DNA of 63,731 nt, filler included, from Octopus bimaculoides (Eukaryota): the NCBI RefSeq assembly GCF_001194135.2. It is 4 parts of 4 records of this genome, joined end to end, with 100 filler letters (N's around TTAATTAATTAA, not from the genome) between each part and the next. Parts side by side here need not be neighbours in the genome. Positions count along the whole stretch, not along the records: positions 1 to 28,693 come from NC_068987.1; 3 more parts are not named here. One strand, written 5' to 3'. The position numbers and the translations under genes were made by a program. This document shows positions 9,385 to 21,059 of the stretch, one piece after another (the first letter of the stretch is position 1; every line of letters starts with the position of its first letter). The notes below the pieces were generated by a model that did not search any database, was not told the DNA's origin, and was given only the letters and a program-made list of their open reading frames with translations.

Positions 9385-9950
9385 TGTTAGTTTCAAATTT
9401 TGGCACAAGGCCAGACAATGCTGGGGAGGAAGTAAGTCGAATACGTCGACCCCAGTACTCGACTGGTACCTTCTTTTATATCAACCCCGAAAGGATGAAA
9501 GCAAAGTAGACCCTGGCGGAATTTGAACTCAGAACGTCGCGACGGGCGAAATACCGCTCAGCATTTTATCCAGCGTGCTAATGATTCTGCCAGCTCACCG
9601 CTGCGAAAGGATGAAAGGTAAAGTAGACCCCGGCGGAATTTGAACTCAGAACGTCGCGACGGGCGAAATGCCGCAAAGCATTTTATCCAGCGTGCTAACG
9701 ATTCTGTCATCTCACCGCTGCGAAAGGATCAAAAGCAAAATAGACCCCGGCGGAATTTGATCTCTGAAGATCGCGACGGGCGTAATACTGCTAAGCATTT
9801 TATCCAGCGTGCTAATGATTCTGCCAGCTCACCGCTGCGAAAGGATGAATGGCAACGTCGACCCCAGCGGCATTTGTACTCAACAGAAAGTTGGATGAAA
9901 TGCCGCTAAGCATTTTGTTCGGCACGGTAATGATTCTTCCTGCTCACAGT
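9385..9950 (-). mobile_element. SINE family A with its tRNA-like head amplified as four ~117-bp tandem units
   Basis: CGAAAGGAT starts at 9488, 9604, 9721 and 9838; each unit carries the reverse complement of box A (GAGCTGGCAGAATC) and box B (GAGTTCAAATTCC). Confidence 0.9.
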
Positions 9951-10464
9951 CTTACTCGCTCTAAATATTGAAATGTTTTGGTTAGACACAACGAAGAAAA
10001 CATGATTTTGTGGCTATCAATCTTTCCCCAAAAACATTACCGGCGTAAGTGAATTGATTTCAACAGAGTCGAGGACACGGCTCTGGATAAATAGTTAACC
10101 AATTGAAGAATAAATAACAGAGAAGTTGAAATAGAACCAGTGCGTGTGCCTATTGACATAATGATCCTCCCAAAATACAACACTAGAATCTAACAAACCA
10201 AATACCAAAGCAAAAAATTCCTAACCTTTTGCCGTTGCCTTCTTCCTCTGACTCATTCCTTACGAATGTCTGACCCACATTTGTCTGCTTTACCATAGAT
10301 AAAACCGTGTTGATAAGATAATTAAATAATTATAGTCGTTTGGCTCTTATGTCAACCACGAGCGAGCAGACCTATTAAAAATACCACCCTTGCCGTTGTT
10401 GTCTGACGCAGTTTATCTTAGAGTGCACCGCCCAATGTACATTTACTCTCAATTCATAAAAACG

Positions 10465-10674
10465 GTGGTGAGCTGGCAGAATCGTTAGCACACTGGGCGG
10501 ACAACTCAGCGGTATTTCGCTCGTCGCTACGTTCTGAGTTCAAATTCCGCCGAGGTCGTCTTAGCTTCTCATACTTTCGGGATCGATAAAAATAAGTACC
10601 AGTGAAACACTGGGGTTAATATAATCAACTAGTCCTCTCCCCAAAATTCAGACCTTGTGTCTATAGTAGAAAAA

Positions 10675-10707
<33 letters not shown>

Positions 10708-10852
10708 GAAGGCGGCGAGCTGGCAGAAACGTTAGCACGCCGGGTGATAATGCTTAGCGGTATTTCGCTCGTTGCTACGTTCTGAGTTCAAATTCCGCCG
10801 AGGTCGACTTTGCCATTCATCCTTTCGGGATCGATGAAATAAATACCAGTTG
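10465..10852 (+). mobile_element. Two SINE family A copies (10465-10670 and 10710-10852)
   Basis: GGCGGCGAGCTGGCAGAA(A/T)CGTTAGCAC...GTTCTGAGTTCAAATTCCGCCGAGGTCGACTTTGCC...CATCCTTTCGGGATCGAT...AGTACCAG; tRNA box A/B, with (ATT)n tail or spacer. Confidence 0.9.
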
Positions 10853-11500
10853 NNNNNNNNNNNNNNNNNNNNNNNNNNNNNNNNNNNNNNNNNNNNNNNN
10901 NNNNNNNNNNNNNNNNNNNNNNNNNNNNNNNNNNNNNNNNNNNNNNNNNNNNNNNNNNNNNNNNNNNNNNNNNNNNNNNNNNNNNNNNNNNNNNNNNNNN
11001 NNNNNNNNNNNNNNNNNNNNNNNNNNNNNNNNNNNNNNNNNNNNNNNNNNNNNNNNNNNNNNNNNNNNNNNNNNNNNNNNNNNNNNNNNNNNNNNNNNNN
11101 NNNNNNNNNNNNNNNNNNNNNNNNNNNNNNNNNNNNNNNNNNNNNNNNNNNNNNNNNNNNNNNNNNNNNNNNNNNNNNNNNNNNNNNNNNNNNNNNNNNN
11201 NNNNNNNNNNNNNNNNNNNNNNNNNNNNNNNNNNNNNNNNNNNNNNNNNNNNNNNNNNNNNNNNNNNNNNNNNNNNNNNNNNNNNNNNNNNNNNNNNNNN
11301 NNNNNNNNNNNNNNNNNNNNNNNNNNNNNNNNNNNNNNNNNNNNNNNNNNNNNNNNNNNNNNNNNNNNNNNNNNNNNNNNNNNNNNNNNNNNNNNNNNNN
11401 NNNNNNNNNNNNNNNNNNNNNNNNNNNNNNNNNNNNNNNNNNNNNNNNNNNNNNNNNNNNNNNNNNNNNNNNNNNNNNNNNNNNNNNNNNNNNNNNNNNN

Positions 11501-11532
<32 letters not shown>

Positions 11533-11750
11533 CATAACAAAAACACCAGGACTTACAAATATATATAACATACAGAAAATTGCACTACTGGGCACTGCAC
11601 ACATCCTACGCAAAACACTTTCAATACAGTAACCATAAGAGCATCACAGCAAACCACAGCACATACCCAGGGCACACAGAGCTGCGCTCGGTAGTGAAGT
11701 GAAAGCACGTTATAAAACTAAAACTACTGAACAATAATAATAATATTTTT
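11533..11750 (+). mobile_element. R4/Dong-like (RLE) non-LTR retrotransposon, extreme 3' end
   Basis: ITKTPGLTNIYNIQKIALLGTAHILRKTLSIQ* (stop at 11630-11632) matches the R4-clade terminal Q-K-x-x-L-L-G-T-A-x-I-L-R motif; short 3' UTR and (AAT)n tail. Confidence 0.75.
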
Positions 11751-12133
11751 TTCTACTTTAGGTACAAGGCCCGAAATTTTTGGGGAGGGTGCCAATCAAT
11801 TAGACCATCTCAGTACGCAACTGGTACTTAATTTATCTATCCCGAAAGGATGAAAGGCAAAGTCGACCTCGGCGGAATAATAATAATATTGATTCAACAA
11901 TTTGAGTTGAAGAAATAGAACAATAAAAGAACTTTATCCTGCATTCAGGAGACGCAGTTGTCCAATCCCAGGCAAAATCAAAATCGCCATTGTTTCTATG
12001 GTGACTTCATAGTAAACTCTATACCTGGACGTTCACGCATCCATCGCAAATAGATGCAGCCTCTGTTTCCTCATCCTTTTTAAAAATCCTTTCCTTAAAA
12101 CTTTCAAACACTCATACGTCAAAACCGACGTGA

Positions 12134-12321
12134 GTGACTACTACTACTACTACTACTACTTGTAGTAGTAGTAATAGCAATAGTTGCAGTAGTAGTAGTA
12201 GTAGCAGCAGCAGTTGTAGTTGTAGTAGTTGTAGTAGCAGAAGTAGTAGCAGCAGCAGTTGTAGTTGTAGTAGTAGCAGCAACAGCAGTGGTAGTAGCAG
12301 TAGCAGCAGCAGTAGTAGCAA

Positions 12322-12359
<38 letters not shown>

Positions 12360-12555
12360 ACCGCAACAGCAGTAGTTGTAGTAGCAGCAGCAGTTGTAGT
12401 TGTTGTAGTAGTAGTAGTGGTAGCAGTAGCAGCAACAGCTAGAACAGCAGCAGCAGCAGTTGTAGTTGTTGTAGTAGTAGTAGTGGTAGCAGTAGCAGCA
12501 ACAGCTAGAACAGCAGCAGCAGCAGTAGTCGTAGTAGCAGCAGAAGCAGTAGCAA
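12134..12555. repeat. Compound (GTA)/(GCA)/(GTT) trinucleotide repeat with an internal ~66-bp duplication
   Basis: Seen directly; the block ending ...gcagcaacagctagaacagcagca occurs twice. Confidence 0.9.
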
Positions 12556-13244
12556 AAGATAACCTGAAATACATTTTAAAATTATGTTTTAGGCGGAGAT
12601 ACGAACAGGAAGAGAAGTTTCAGTGAAGNNNNNNNNNNNNNNNNNNNNNNNNNNNNNNNNNNNNNNNNNNNNNNNNNNNNNNNNNNNNNNNNNNNNNNNN
12701 NNNNNNNNNNNNNNNNNNNNNNNNNNNNNNNNNNNNNNNNNNNNNNNNNNNNNNNNNNNNNNNNNNNNNNNNNNNNNNNNNNNNNNNNNNNNNNNNNNNN
12801 NNNNNNNNNNNNNNNNNNNNNNNNNNNNNNNNNNNNNNNNNNNNNNNNNNNNNNNNNNNNNNNNNNNNNNNNNNNNNNNNNNNNNNNNNNNNNNNNNNNN
12901 NNNNNNNNNNNNNNNNNNNNNNNNNNNNNNNNNNNNNNNNNNNNNNNNNNNNNNNNNNNNNNNNNNNNNNNNNNNNNNNNNNNNNNNNNNNNNNNNNNNN
13001 NNNNNNNNNNNNNNNNNNNNNNNNNNNNNNNNNNNNNNNNNNNNNNNNNNNNNNNNNNNNNNNNNNNNNNNNNNNNNNNNNNNNNNNNNNNNNNNNNNNN
13101 NNNNNNNNNNNNNNNNNNNNNNNNNNNNNNNNNNNNNNNNNNNNNACATACACGCACATACGCATACGCACGCACACACACACACACACTTATATCCGAC
13201 TGGCTTCAACACAGTTTCCGCGTCCCAAAATTCTCTCACAAGGG

Positions 13245-13425
13245 AGAGTATTTCAAAGGGGCCAGCCTTGTCACACTCTGTGTCATGCTGAATATCCCCG
13301 AGAACTACGTTAAGGGTTCGCATGTCTGTGGAGTGCTCAGCCACTTGCATGTTAATTTCACGAGCAGGCTGTTCCGTTGATCGGATCAACTGGAACCCTC
13401 GTCATCGTAACCAACAGAGTGCCAC
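13245..13425 (+). mobile_element. SINE family C, 3' part
   Basis: GTATTTCAAAGGGCCAGCCTTGTCACACT...GCTGAATATCCCCGAGAACTACGTTAAGG is shared with the inverted copy at 56356-56613. Confidence 0.75.
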
Positions 13426-13870
13426 GAATACATTTAATGCAAATGCAATAAACAACACGTAACATGCGATAAACACATTACAATTTTTCAAAATGTAGTC
13501 CACATTACGAACAGTTGTTACTATGAGGCGGGGGACATTTTTCAATGCAGTCCATAGAAAAGACAGAGTTGAAGATCAAATTGTAAGAAGTTGTGTAGAG
13601 GGGATGCACAGACATTATTTGAAAGAATGTAGGTTGAACGGACTTGTAGAAACCTCGGTGAAATCTAGACATATTTGGATGTAGAGCTAATTACGTCAAT
13701 ACTAGCCTGGAGAAGCTGGCGGGCTTCACAAAACCAAGAAAGATACGGCTAATTAAGAAAGTACAATTTCAAGTAATTAATTTTTTTTTTTATCTGTCAC
13801 TTACAGCGAGTATGAATTAGTTGATAGATACAACTCTTTTGTAAACTGCTTAAAGTGTCTATGCGGTCGT

Positions 13871-13932
<62 letters not shown>

Positions 13933-14455
13933 NNNNNNNNNNNNNNNNNNNNNNNNNNNNNNNNNNNNNNNNNNNNNNNNNNNNNNNNNNNNNNNNNNNN
14001 NNNNNNNNNNNNNNNNNNNNNNNNNNNNNNNNNNNNNNNNNNNNNNNNNNNNNNNNNNNNNNNNNNNNNNNNNNNNNNNNNNNNNNNNNNNNNNNNNNNN
14101 NNNNNNNNNNNNNNNNNNNNNNNNNNNNNNNNNNNNNNNNNNNNNNNNNNNNNNNNNNNNNNNNNNNNNNNNNNNNNNNNNNNNNNNNNNNNNNNNNNNN
14201 NNNNNNNNNNNNNNNNNNNNNNNNNNNNNNNNNNNNNNNNNNNNNNNNNNNNNNNNNNNNNNNNNNNNNNNNNNNNNNNNNNNNNNNNNNNNNNNNNNNN
14301 NNNNNNNNNNNNNNNNNNNNNNNNNNNNNNNNNNNNNNNNNNNNNNNNNNNNNNNNNNNNNNNNNNNNNNNNNNNNNNNNNNNNNNNNNNNNNNNNNNNN
14401 NNNNNNNNNNNNNNNNNNNNNNNNNNNNNNNNNNNNNNNNNNNNNNNNNNNNNNN

Positions 14456-14506
<51 letters not shown>

Positions 14507-15189
14507 ATATATAGATAGTTAGATGCTTAGATAAATACATATCTATACAGACACACACATATACACATTTATAAATACAGGATAATTCACATTGGCATAT
14601 AACAGTTCATCTTTATTTCGTAACAATTTTGGCTTAAAGATTTTCGATAATATTGTCACTGTTTTCTGTGAAGATATAAATTCGAAAAAAATTCCTGTCG
14701 TATTTTAGGATGGGAAAGAAACAAACTCTTCTTTGGTCTTGATTGATAAATTTAATCAAGATGATATTGTCCCTCGTTATTGATAATATAATCCTGTCTA
14801 TTCGACAAATTGTTTATCCCGCAGGCGTAAAATTCCTCAGATTTCGAAGTAAATAAACCTTCAATATTATTTTATACTTATGAAGATGCATATGTAAAAA
14901 TTAAACACACTTACACACACTTACACCCACACACAGAGCCCTCCCTACCCACAAAACGTACGCACAAACATAAATATTAAAGAGTTATGTTCATACAGAA
15001 CGTAAGTGCCGGTACACACACCAACTCAACCACAGATCTACAGACCCCCAGGAAATGTCTTATCACAATAAGTCACTTTGTTAGCGATCAGGCTGAAGTT
15101 TACGAAGAAAACTTAAATCTCAATGAAAATACACACCCACATGAGTTTTATATCGAAAGTAGAGCAAAAGTGGGCCCATTTTTATTAAT

Positions 15190-15425
15190 TAACGATCATC
15201 ATTAAAATTAGACATGTTGGATAAGATAACGGTTTCTCTATACAAAGGTATCATTCAACGTAGTCTTCAGCACATGTGGTGCATTTTCAACCTCATTGAA
15301 CCCAACTCCCGAATTTTCTTTGAAAAAATTAAGTGTGAACTGTTGTATCCATTTCTTCACAACCAAGCTCACTTAGTAGTAGGGTCGGACTGAAAATATT
15401 AAGAGCCCTCGGGCGTACCTTTGAA
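15190..15425 (-). mobile_element. Very degenerate mariner transposase C-terminal relic
   Basis: Reverse complement gives ...FFQRKFGSWVQ*G*KCTTCAEDYVE*, resembling the mariner end F-F-x-x-G...W-x-K-C-x-x-x-x-G-D-Y-V-E. Confidence 0.45.
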
Positions 15426-15757
15426 TGTGCGTTTTAGTAGAGTTAACATGTAAAGTGCGGGTCCCTCAGAGTTCCAGACCCTTAGGCAGTGGCCGATTGA
15501 CCGACAGCTCAGTCTGCTCCTACTTAGTAGTGCTTTTGCTTGAAATTCACGATTTTCTTGCAATAGGGAAGAACAGGAAAAAAAGACTTACTATAGACGA
15601 AGACTTACTATCCTGACATTTAACTTCTTTCCTCCTTTATCTTTTATTTCGCTTTCATCACCACTTCAGACTTTCTTCATTATATTTACATATACATCTG
15701 TTTTAATGTATTTATGTCTGCATCTGGGAACAAAAATCCATTATCTTACAAACATGT

Positions 15758-17650
15758 ATTTTTTAAATATATTTATTTACTTACAGATTTTTAAAAAAAT
15801 GTCTATGTATTTATATATTCTAATGTATCATGTAGACTTGTTCTTTAAATTCATCTGAAATCGGAGTCATATTTGTGGATTAAATTACCTGGTCTTGCGT
15901 TTTTTCATATATATTTTTAACTTTTGTCTCAAGTTCCTCTTGAGCACTTCTAAGTGCAAACCTTAGCTTTGTGAGAGAAATCCAAATTAACCATATTCTT
16001 TCTCAAAACAATTATTTCTTTGCTCATTTGACCGCTACTCAAGGACTGCACTATAAAGAAACAGTATCTAGGGATTTCTGCCAAAAACATCTCGGTTCCA
16101 TTAAAAACATATTTGGAAGCCCTTCGGCAGAAGACTAATGATCTTGTCAATAGAATGAGACGGAAAGTATTTCACTATGATATGAAAACCAATCAATCTA
16201 AGAAAGCTAAACAAATGGATATTTATAATATGAAATCTTACAAAAATCTTCCTTTAAACCTTACTCTAGCGAATTTTGAAAAAGATTTAACACCTGAAAT
16301 TCTCGAACTATACCAATTCATTCCAGAAGGAAATTCTTAAAACTACAGAAAAAGATAAAAGCCTCACATGAACACCACGTTTTTTTAGATAAAATTGGTA
16401 AGATGTACTCAATACCACTAGAAAAATGTAATGAATTAATTTTGAAAGACTTAAAAACTAACTATAAACACGTCCATAAAAAAGGACTCAATGATATAAA
16501 TAAAAAAAACATTATGACCTTATTAGAGATTTGAACTTATTAGACAGAACTGCACCATACGAACCTAAAATCGCCCACTTTACTTTAAAGGACCATAAGC
16601 CGAACTTTTATTCTAAACCTTCTATAAGACTCATTTGCCCCACAAAGTCAGACTTGGGTAGAATTGCATAGTGTATACTTGATAGAATCATTTCTAAGAT
16701 TAGAACTAACGTAAAACTTCCCTTATGGAATTCAACCGGTGATGTTATTACCTGGTTTCATTCGATCAAGGATAAACATCGTACTCATTTTATACAATTT
16801 GATATCTCAAACTATTACAATTCAATTTCACCAATCCTCCTTAATAAAGCTTTAATCTTTGCTCGTAATTTTACAGCAATTTCCCGACATGATATCGACA
16901 TTATATTAACCGCCAGAAAAACAACACAAATTGGACCAGGTCCACTACACATGATTATTTTGATATAACAATGGGCTCATCCGACTCTTCACAAATTACA
17001 GATCTGGTGGGCCTATTTTTATTATCACAAATTAAATCAAACTTCCCCGAAATAGCAGGTGGATTACACAGGGATAATGCTCTTCGCACTACTACCGGAT
17101 TATCCAAACCAGTAGTCGAACGCACTAAGAAAAGGATACTAAAATTTCTCAACAATTACTATAATTTACACATTTTATTTGAAATCGATACCAAAATAGC
17201 CAACTTTCTCGATTTTACACTGAATTTAAATACCGACTCATACCAACCATATCATAAGCCGAATCAAACACTACGGTACATCAATGTTTTCTCCAATCAT
17301 CCTACAAGTTCCATAAAAAGTATTGTAACTTGAATCTCAATAAGAATCTCGAATTTATCTGCTATCAAAACAATATTTAATAAGCACGCTCCACATTACA
17401 ACCAAGCATTACAGTTAAGTGGTTTCCAGGAAAAATATATTATATACATAAAACAAAAATAGCAAATGCATTTTCCGAAAAGAATGCTAAACCTACCGAA
17501 AATCAATTACACACATATATATTTTTAATATATTTATTTATTTACAGATTTTTAAAAAATTGTCTACGTATTTATATATTTTTAATGTATCACGTATTCT
17601 TGTTCTTTAAATTCATCTGAAATCGGAGTTATGTTTGTAGATTAAAGTAC
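15758..17650 (+). mobile_element. Penelope-like element (LKDHK-type RT), decayed, no endonuclease, flanked by ~130-bp direct repeats
   Basis: From about 16053: LGISAKNISVP...NRMRRKVFHY...FTLKDHKPNFYSKPSIRLICPTKSDLG...FIQFDISNYYNSI...FDITMGSSDSSQITDLVGLFLL...GLHRDNAL...NFLDFTLNL...KPNQTLRYINVFSNHP...LQLSGF. Several stops and frameshifts; the YRDD motif has decayed to HRDN. Direct repeats at 15758-15888 and 17521-17650. Confidence 0.85.
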
Positions 17651-17689
17651 ATACATACATACATACATACATACATACATACATACACA

Positions 17690-20092
17690 CTAGAGTAAAT
17701 AAAAAATTATGCACACTTTTGTTTCTGTAATATACTAAAACAGAAACAAAGGTCGAACAATTACATCATTTTCAACATAATCTCCTTGTTTTTCGATGCA
17801 CCTCTTCCAGGGGCCCACAAGTTTGCTTATTCCGCTGGAGAAGAAGGTTTTCGGCTGTTTGCGCAGCAGTTTATGCACCGCCTCCTGCACTTCGTCCGTA
17901 GCAAAACGACGACCTCGTAAAGGATGTTTGAGATGTTCAAAGAGGTAATAACCGGAAGGGGAGAGATCTGGACAGTATGCAGGGTGTTCCAGCAACTCGA
18001 AACCCAAATTTTCAGTATGTTTCAGCGGTGTGGGCGGCCGTACGTGGGCGTGCATTGTCGTGCAACTATAACATTTACTTTGATAATATAAGGTTCAGTC
18101 AAAAGTGTTTTCGTATTTCAATCTTCAGTTTATAGTTCGAACATATTACATACGAAAAGCGTTTATTCATCAAAGCAAAAACCTTACTGCACCCGTTTTC
18201 AACCTCATTCACATTGTTGAAACCACCTCCTACACTTTCGTGCAAGAAATGAGCCATGGCTCGGAGAAGGTCGTAATCTGAAGGCGCAAGGTCTGAATTG
18301 TAAGCAGCACAAGTTAGCACTTCCAGCCCCTCAAGTTCCTTAAGTCTGTGCTTGGTCACACTGGCAGTGTTTGCTGTGGCATTGTCATGCTGTAGGAGTG
18401 TGCGTCTTCGATTGATCAATGTCGGATAGCAGGCTTTCAAAGCGGAATGTACTCGATGCAGTTGTTGATCATAAAGGCTAGCGTTCACAGCATGGCCTTC
18501 TGGGACAAGCACAAAGTGCGACATCCACCTCGAAATTCCACCAAACACACAACATGATATTCTTTTGAGGACAGGTTTTGAAGCCTGTCCGGAATGAAGC
18601 CACTGATTTCTCTTATTAGGATTACGAAAATAGATCTATTTTTCATCCCGTTACAATTCGATGCCCAAAACGGACATTTTGAGGATTTTTCAGCAATAGT
18701 TTGCAAATGTTCACACGCCATTGAGCCTGGTCATTGGTCAGTTCATGGAGAGTTTCTCGACAGCGTCTGTTCACAGGGCCAAATTTATGGAGGCGCCGAT
18801 TGATGATACTTTGTGAAGGACCAAGAACTGCCGAAAATGTACAAGTGCTTGTGCTTGGTTGTTGTTCAACCATTTCAAGCAAGGCCCCATTTTCTACACG
18901 TCTCCTTGACCTTGGTTTGTCTTCGAGGCTGGTGTCACCTTCATCGAAACGCCTGAACCAGAATTGTGCAACACGGTCTTTGACAGTGGGCCTTCCACAT
19001 CTTTAATTTTTTTACCACTGCCCTTGCACTCAGTTTTTTTTCATAGGTAGCGTAAAATAGGTCTAATAACAATTTTTTCATTGCTCAGCGGTAAAATAAA
19101 GAATAAACAATTGAAGGACAAGTCGTATCAAATCAATCGTATAACATGGAGATACAAGTTGCCAAAAATCATCAGTAAAAATCCGGAAAAAACTTTTGAT
19201 TCAACCTGGCAGACCTCGGAATTTGATGCGAATTCCTGGTTTCGGTTTGTTTGCTAGAATTTCGCTGTGACCTACACTGGTGACTGCAGACATCCTTTCC
19301 AAGTAACGACCCAGTACAGGCCTTTTTGCAGTCCCACAAAATGGTTAGCATCACTTTTTCTGCAGAAGGTTCGGTCACTTCTTTTTCGCTGGCGATTCCG
19401 GGTTTTTTTATTCCATACTTTTCATTTTGGATTCTGGTTCAAAGTGATAGATCCAGGTCTCTTCTGTGGCCATTTTCTAAAAAAAGTAAAAAAACCCATT
19501 TGGTCTTTATCGTTGTAGCGGTCGAGTAAGCGTTGACAGATCGTCACACGATTTCCCTTATGCGTTTCCGTAATATCTTTTGGCATCCATCACGCACAGA
19601 CTTTACGGAAGTGAAACTCGTCGTGGATGATTTCGTATACAGAACCATTAGTCATAGTTCTGTATTCTGACTAATTTGCAGAAAACATGCAACCTCATCG
19701 ATCGTCACTCATTGGTTCGCCAAAACTATCTCTCCATCTTGTTGAATCTTCATGTCAGTGATGGAGAGTAAAGGGCGTTTTGCTCCCTCTTCTGTTTCAC
19801 GTTTGTCCGACCATTTTTTCAAACTTCTTAGTCTATTCATATACACGTCTATGCGGTAGAGCGCTGTTCCCATATGTACTGAAAGTCCCCGATTAATTTT
19901 TAGCCCCAGATACACCTTTAGACCAGAGAAATGGGATCATTGATCTCTTTTCTACCTTGGTGCACAAAAATAGAAACTGAAGCGATGAAATTCAAAATTC
20001 CGATTACATTACCACACGATCGCTGAAGGCAGTGTAGCTAATCTAAAGAAAGTTTTAGCTAAAATACGGAAAATTTTTGACTTCCTCTCGTA
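17690..20092 (-). mobile_element. Mariner (DD34D) element, decayed, split by a nested mariner
   Basis: 5' TIR TACGAGAGGAAGTCAAAAATTTTCC (reverse complement of 20068-20092); degenerate partner at 17690. The transposase runs FRKVCARWMPK...ETWIYHFEPESK...KVMLTILWD...IRIKFRGL, is interrupted at 19207-18091, and resumes LSK..LHDNAR...HPAYCPDLSPSGY...KRCIEKQGDYVE. About 1.28 kb without the insert; inserted in (TACA)n. Confidence 0.85.
18091..19207 (-). mobile_element. Second mariner family nested inside the first
   Basis: TIRs AGGTTCAGTCAAAAGTGTTTTCG (18091) and CGGAAAAAACTTTTGATTCAACCT (ends 19207), TA on the left. Transposase relic WFRRFDEGDTSLEDKPRS...RIVTGDEK...MLCVWWNFE...LLQHDNA...YNSDLAPSDY. 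Confidence 0.85.
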
Positions 20093-20445
20093 CATACATA
20101 CACACACACGCACCCATCCATCCATCCATCCACCCACCCATCCATCCACCCACCCATCCATCCATCCATCCATCCATCCATCCATCCATCCATCCATCCA
20201 TCCACAGAGGCAGTCTGCTCTTGTTTAACGCTTGACTAATTCTTGTTAGATGTGTTTTCTCCGTGCATGAGCACGTAAGTGGGTTTGGAGTCCCGAAAGC
20301 TGTTTGAAATTTGCATAAAGAAACAGTGCAAATTTGTCTCGGACAAAAATTCAAGGTGGTGGCCCAGCTTGGCCGCAGTCTAATGACTGAAACACATGAA
20401 AAAACCTCCCAAAACACAAGCAAGATACATACATACATACATACA

Positions 20446-20479
<34 letters not shown>

Positions 20480-20545
20480 CATACATACGTACATACATAT
20501 ATATATACATACATGCATACATACATACATACATACATACATACA

Positions 20546-20576
<31 letters not shown>

Positions 20577-21059
20577 GCCAGGAATTGCATGGATACATGT
20601 ATCCGTAGCTATGTCCTATTATCTAAATTCCTTTTACGAATTGATTCACTTTCGAAAAAGAAAATCAGAAAAAAGCATACATACATAACTAGAAACAGAC
20701 ATACATACATGCACGTATGTATACATACAAATTAATCAAACACACATAAAACCAGGTGAAATGTATTCTCATTACAAGAACGCAAATACATCGCTACATA
20801 CACCCACGTATTGTAAGATACGCGGTTCGTTGGAGAGATTAGGAAGGTAAAGAAGGAAAATGGAAGAGAATAAATTTAGATGGAAGAAAGCGAGGTAAAA
20901 TACAATGGAAAGTAGTGGAGTGCAAAAATGTTTGAAGAGGTTTAATTTTCTGTAATAGATTTCTGTATATAAAAGGTTTAAAGGTTCATGGATGCAAGAT
21001 AATGAGGATATATAAAAGGTTTATGGATATAAAAGTAGATATAAAAGTATATATAGGTA

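Noticed and set aside
12112-12626. Poly-Leu, Thr, Ser and Val ORFs, and similar poly-His/Met, YI, CV and HT ORFs across the window
   Set aside because: Translations of di-, tri- and tetranucleotide microsatellites.
15640-15900. Hammerhead in the direct repeat of the EN-less PLE
   Set aside because: The closest match (- strand CTGAAGTGGTGATGAAA) lacks the CUGANGA core and stems, and lies outside the repeated block.
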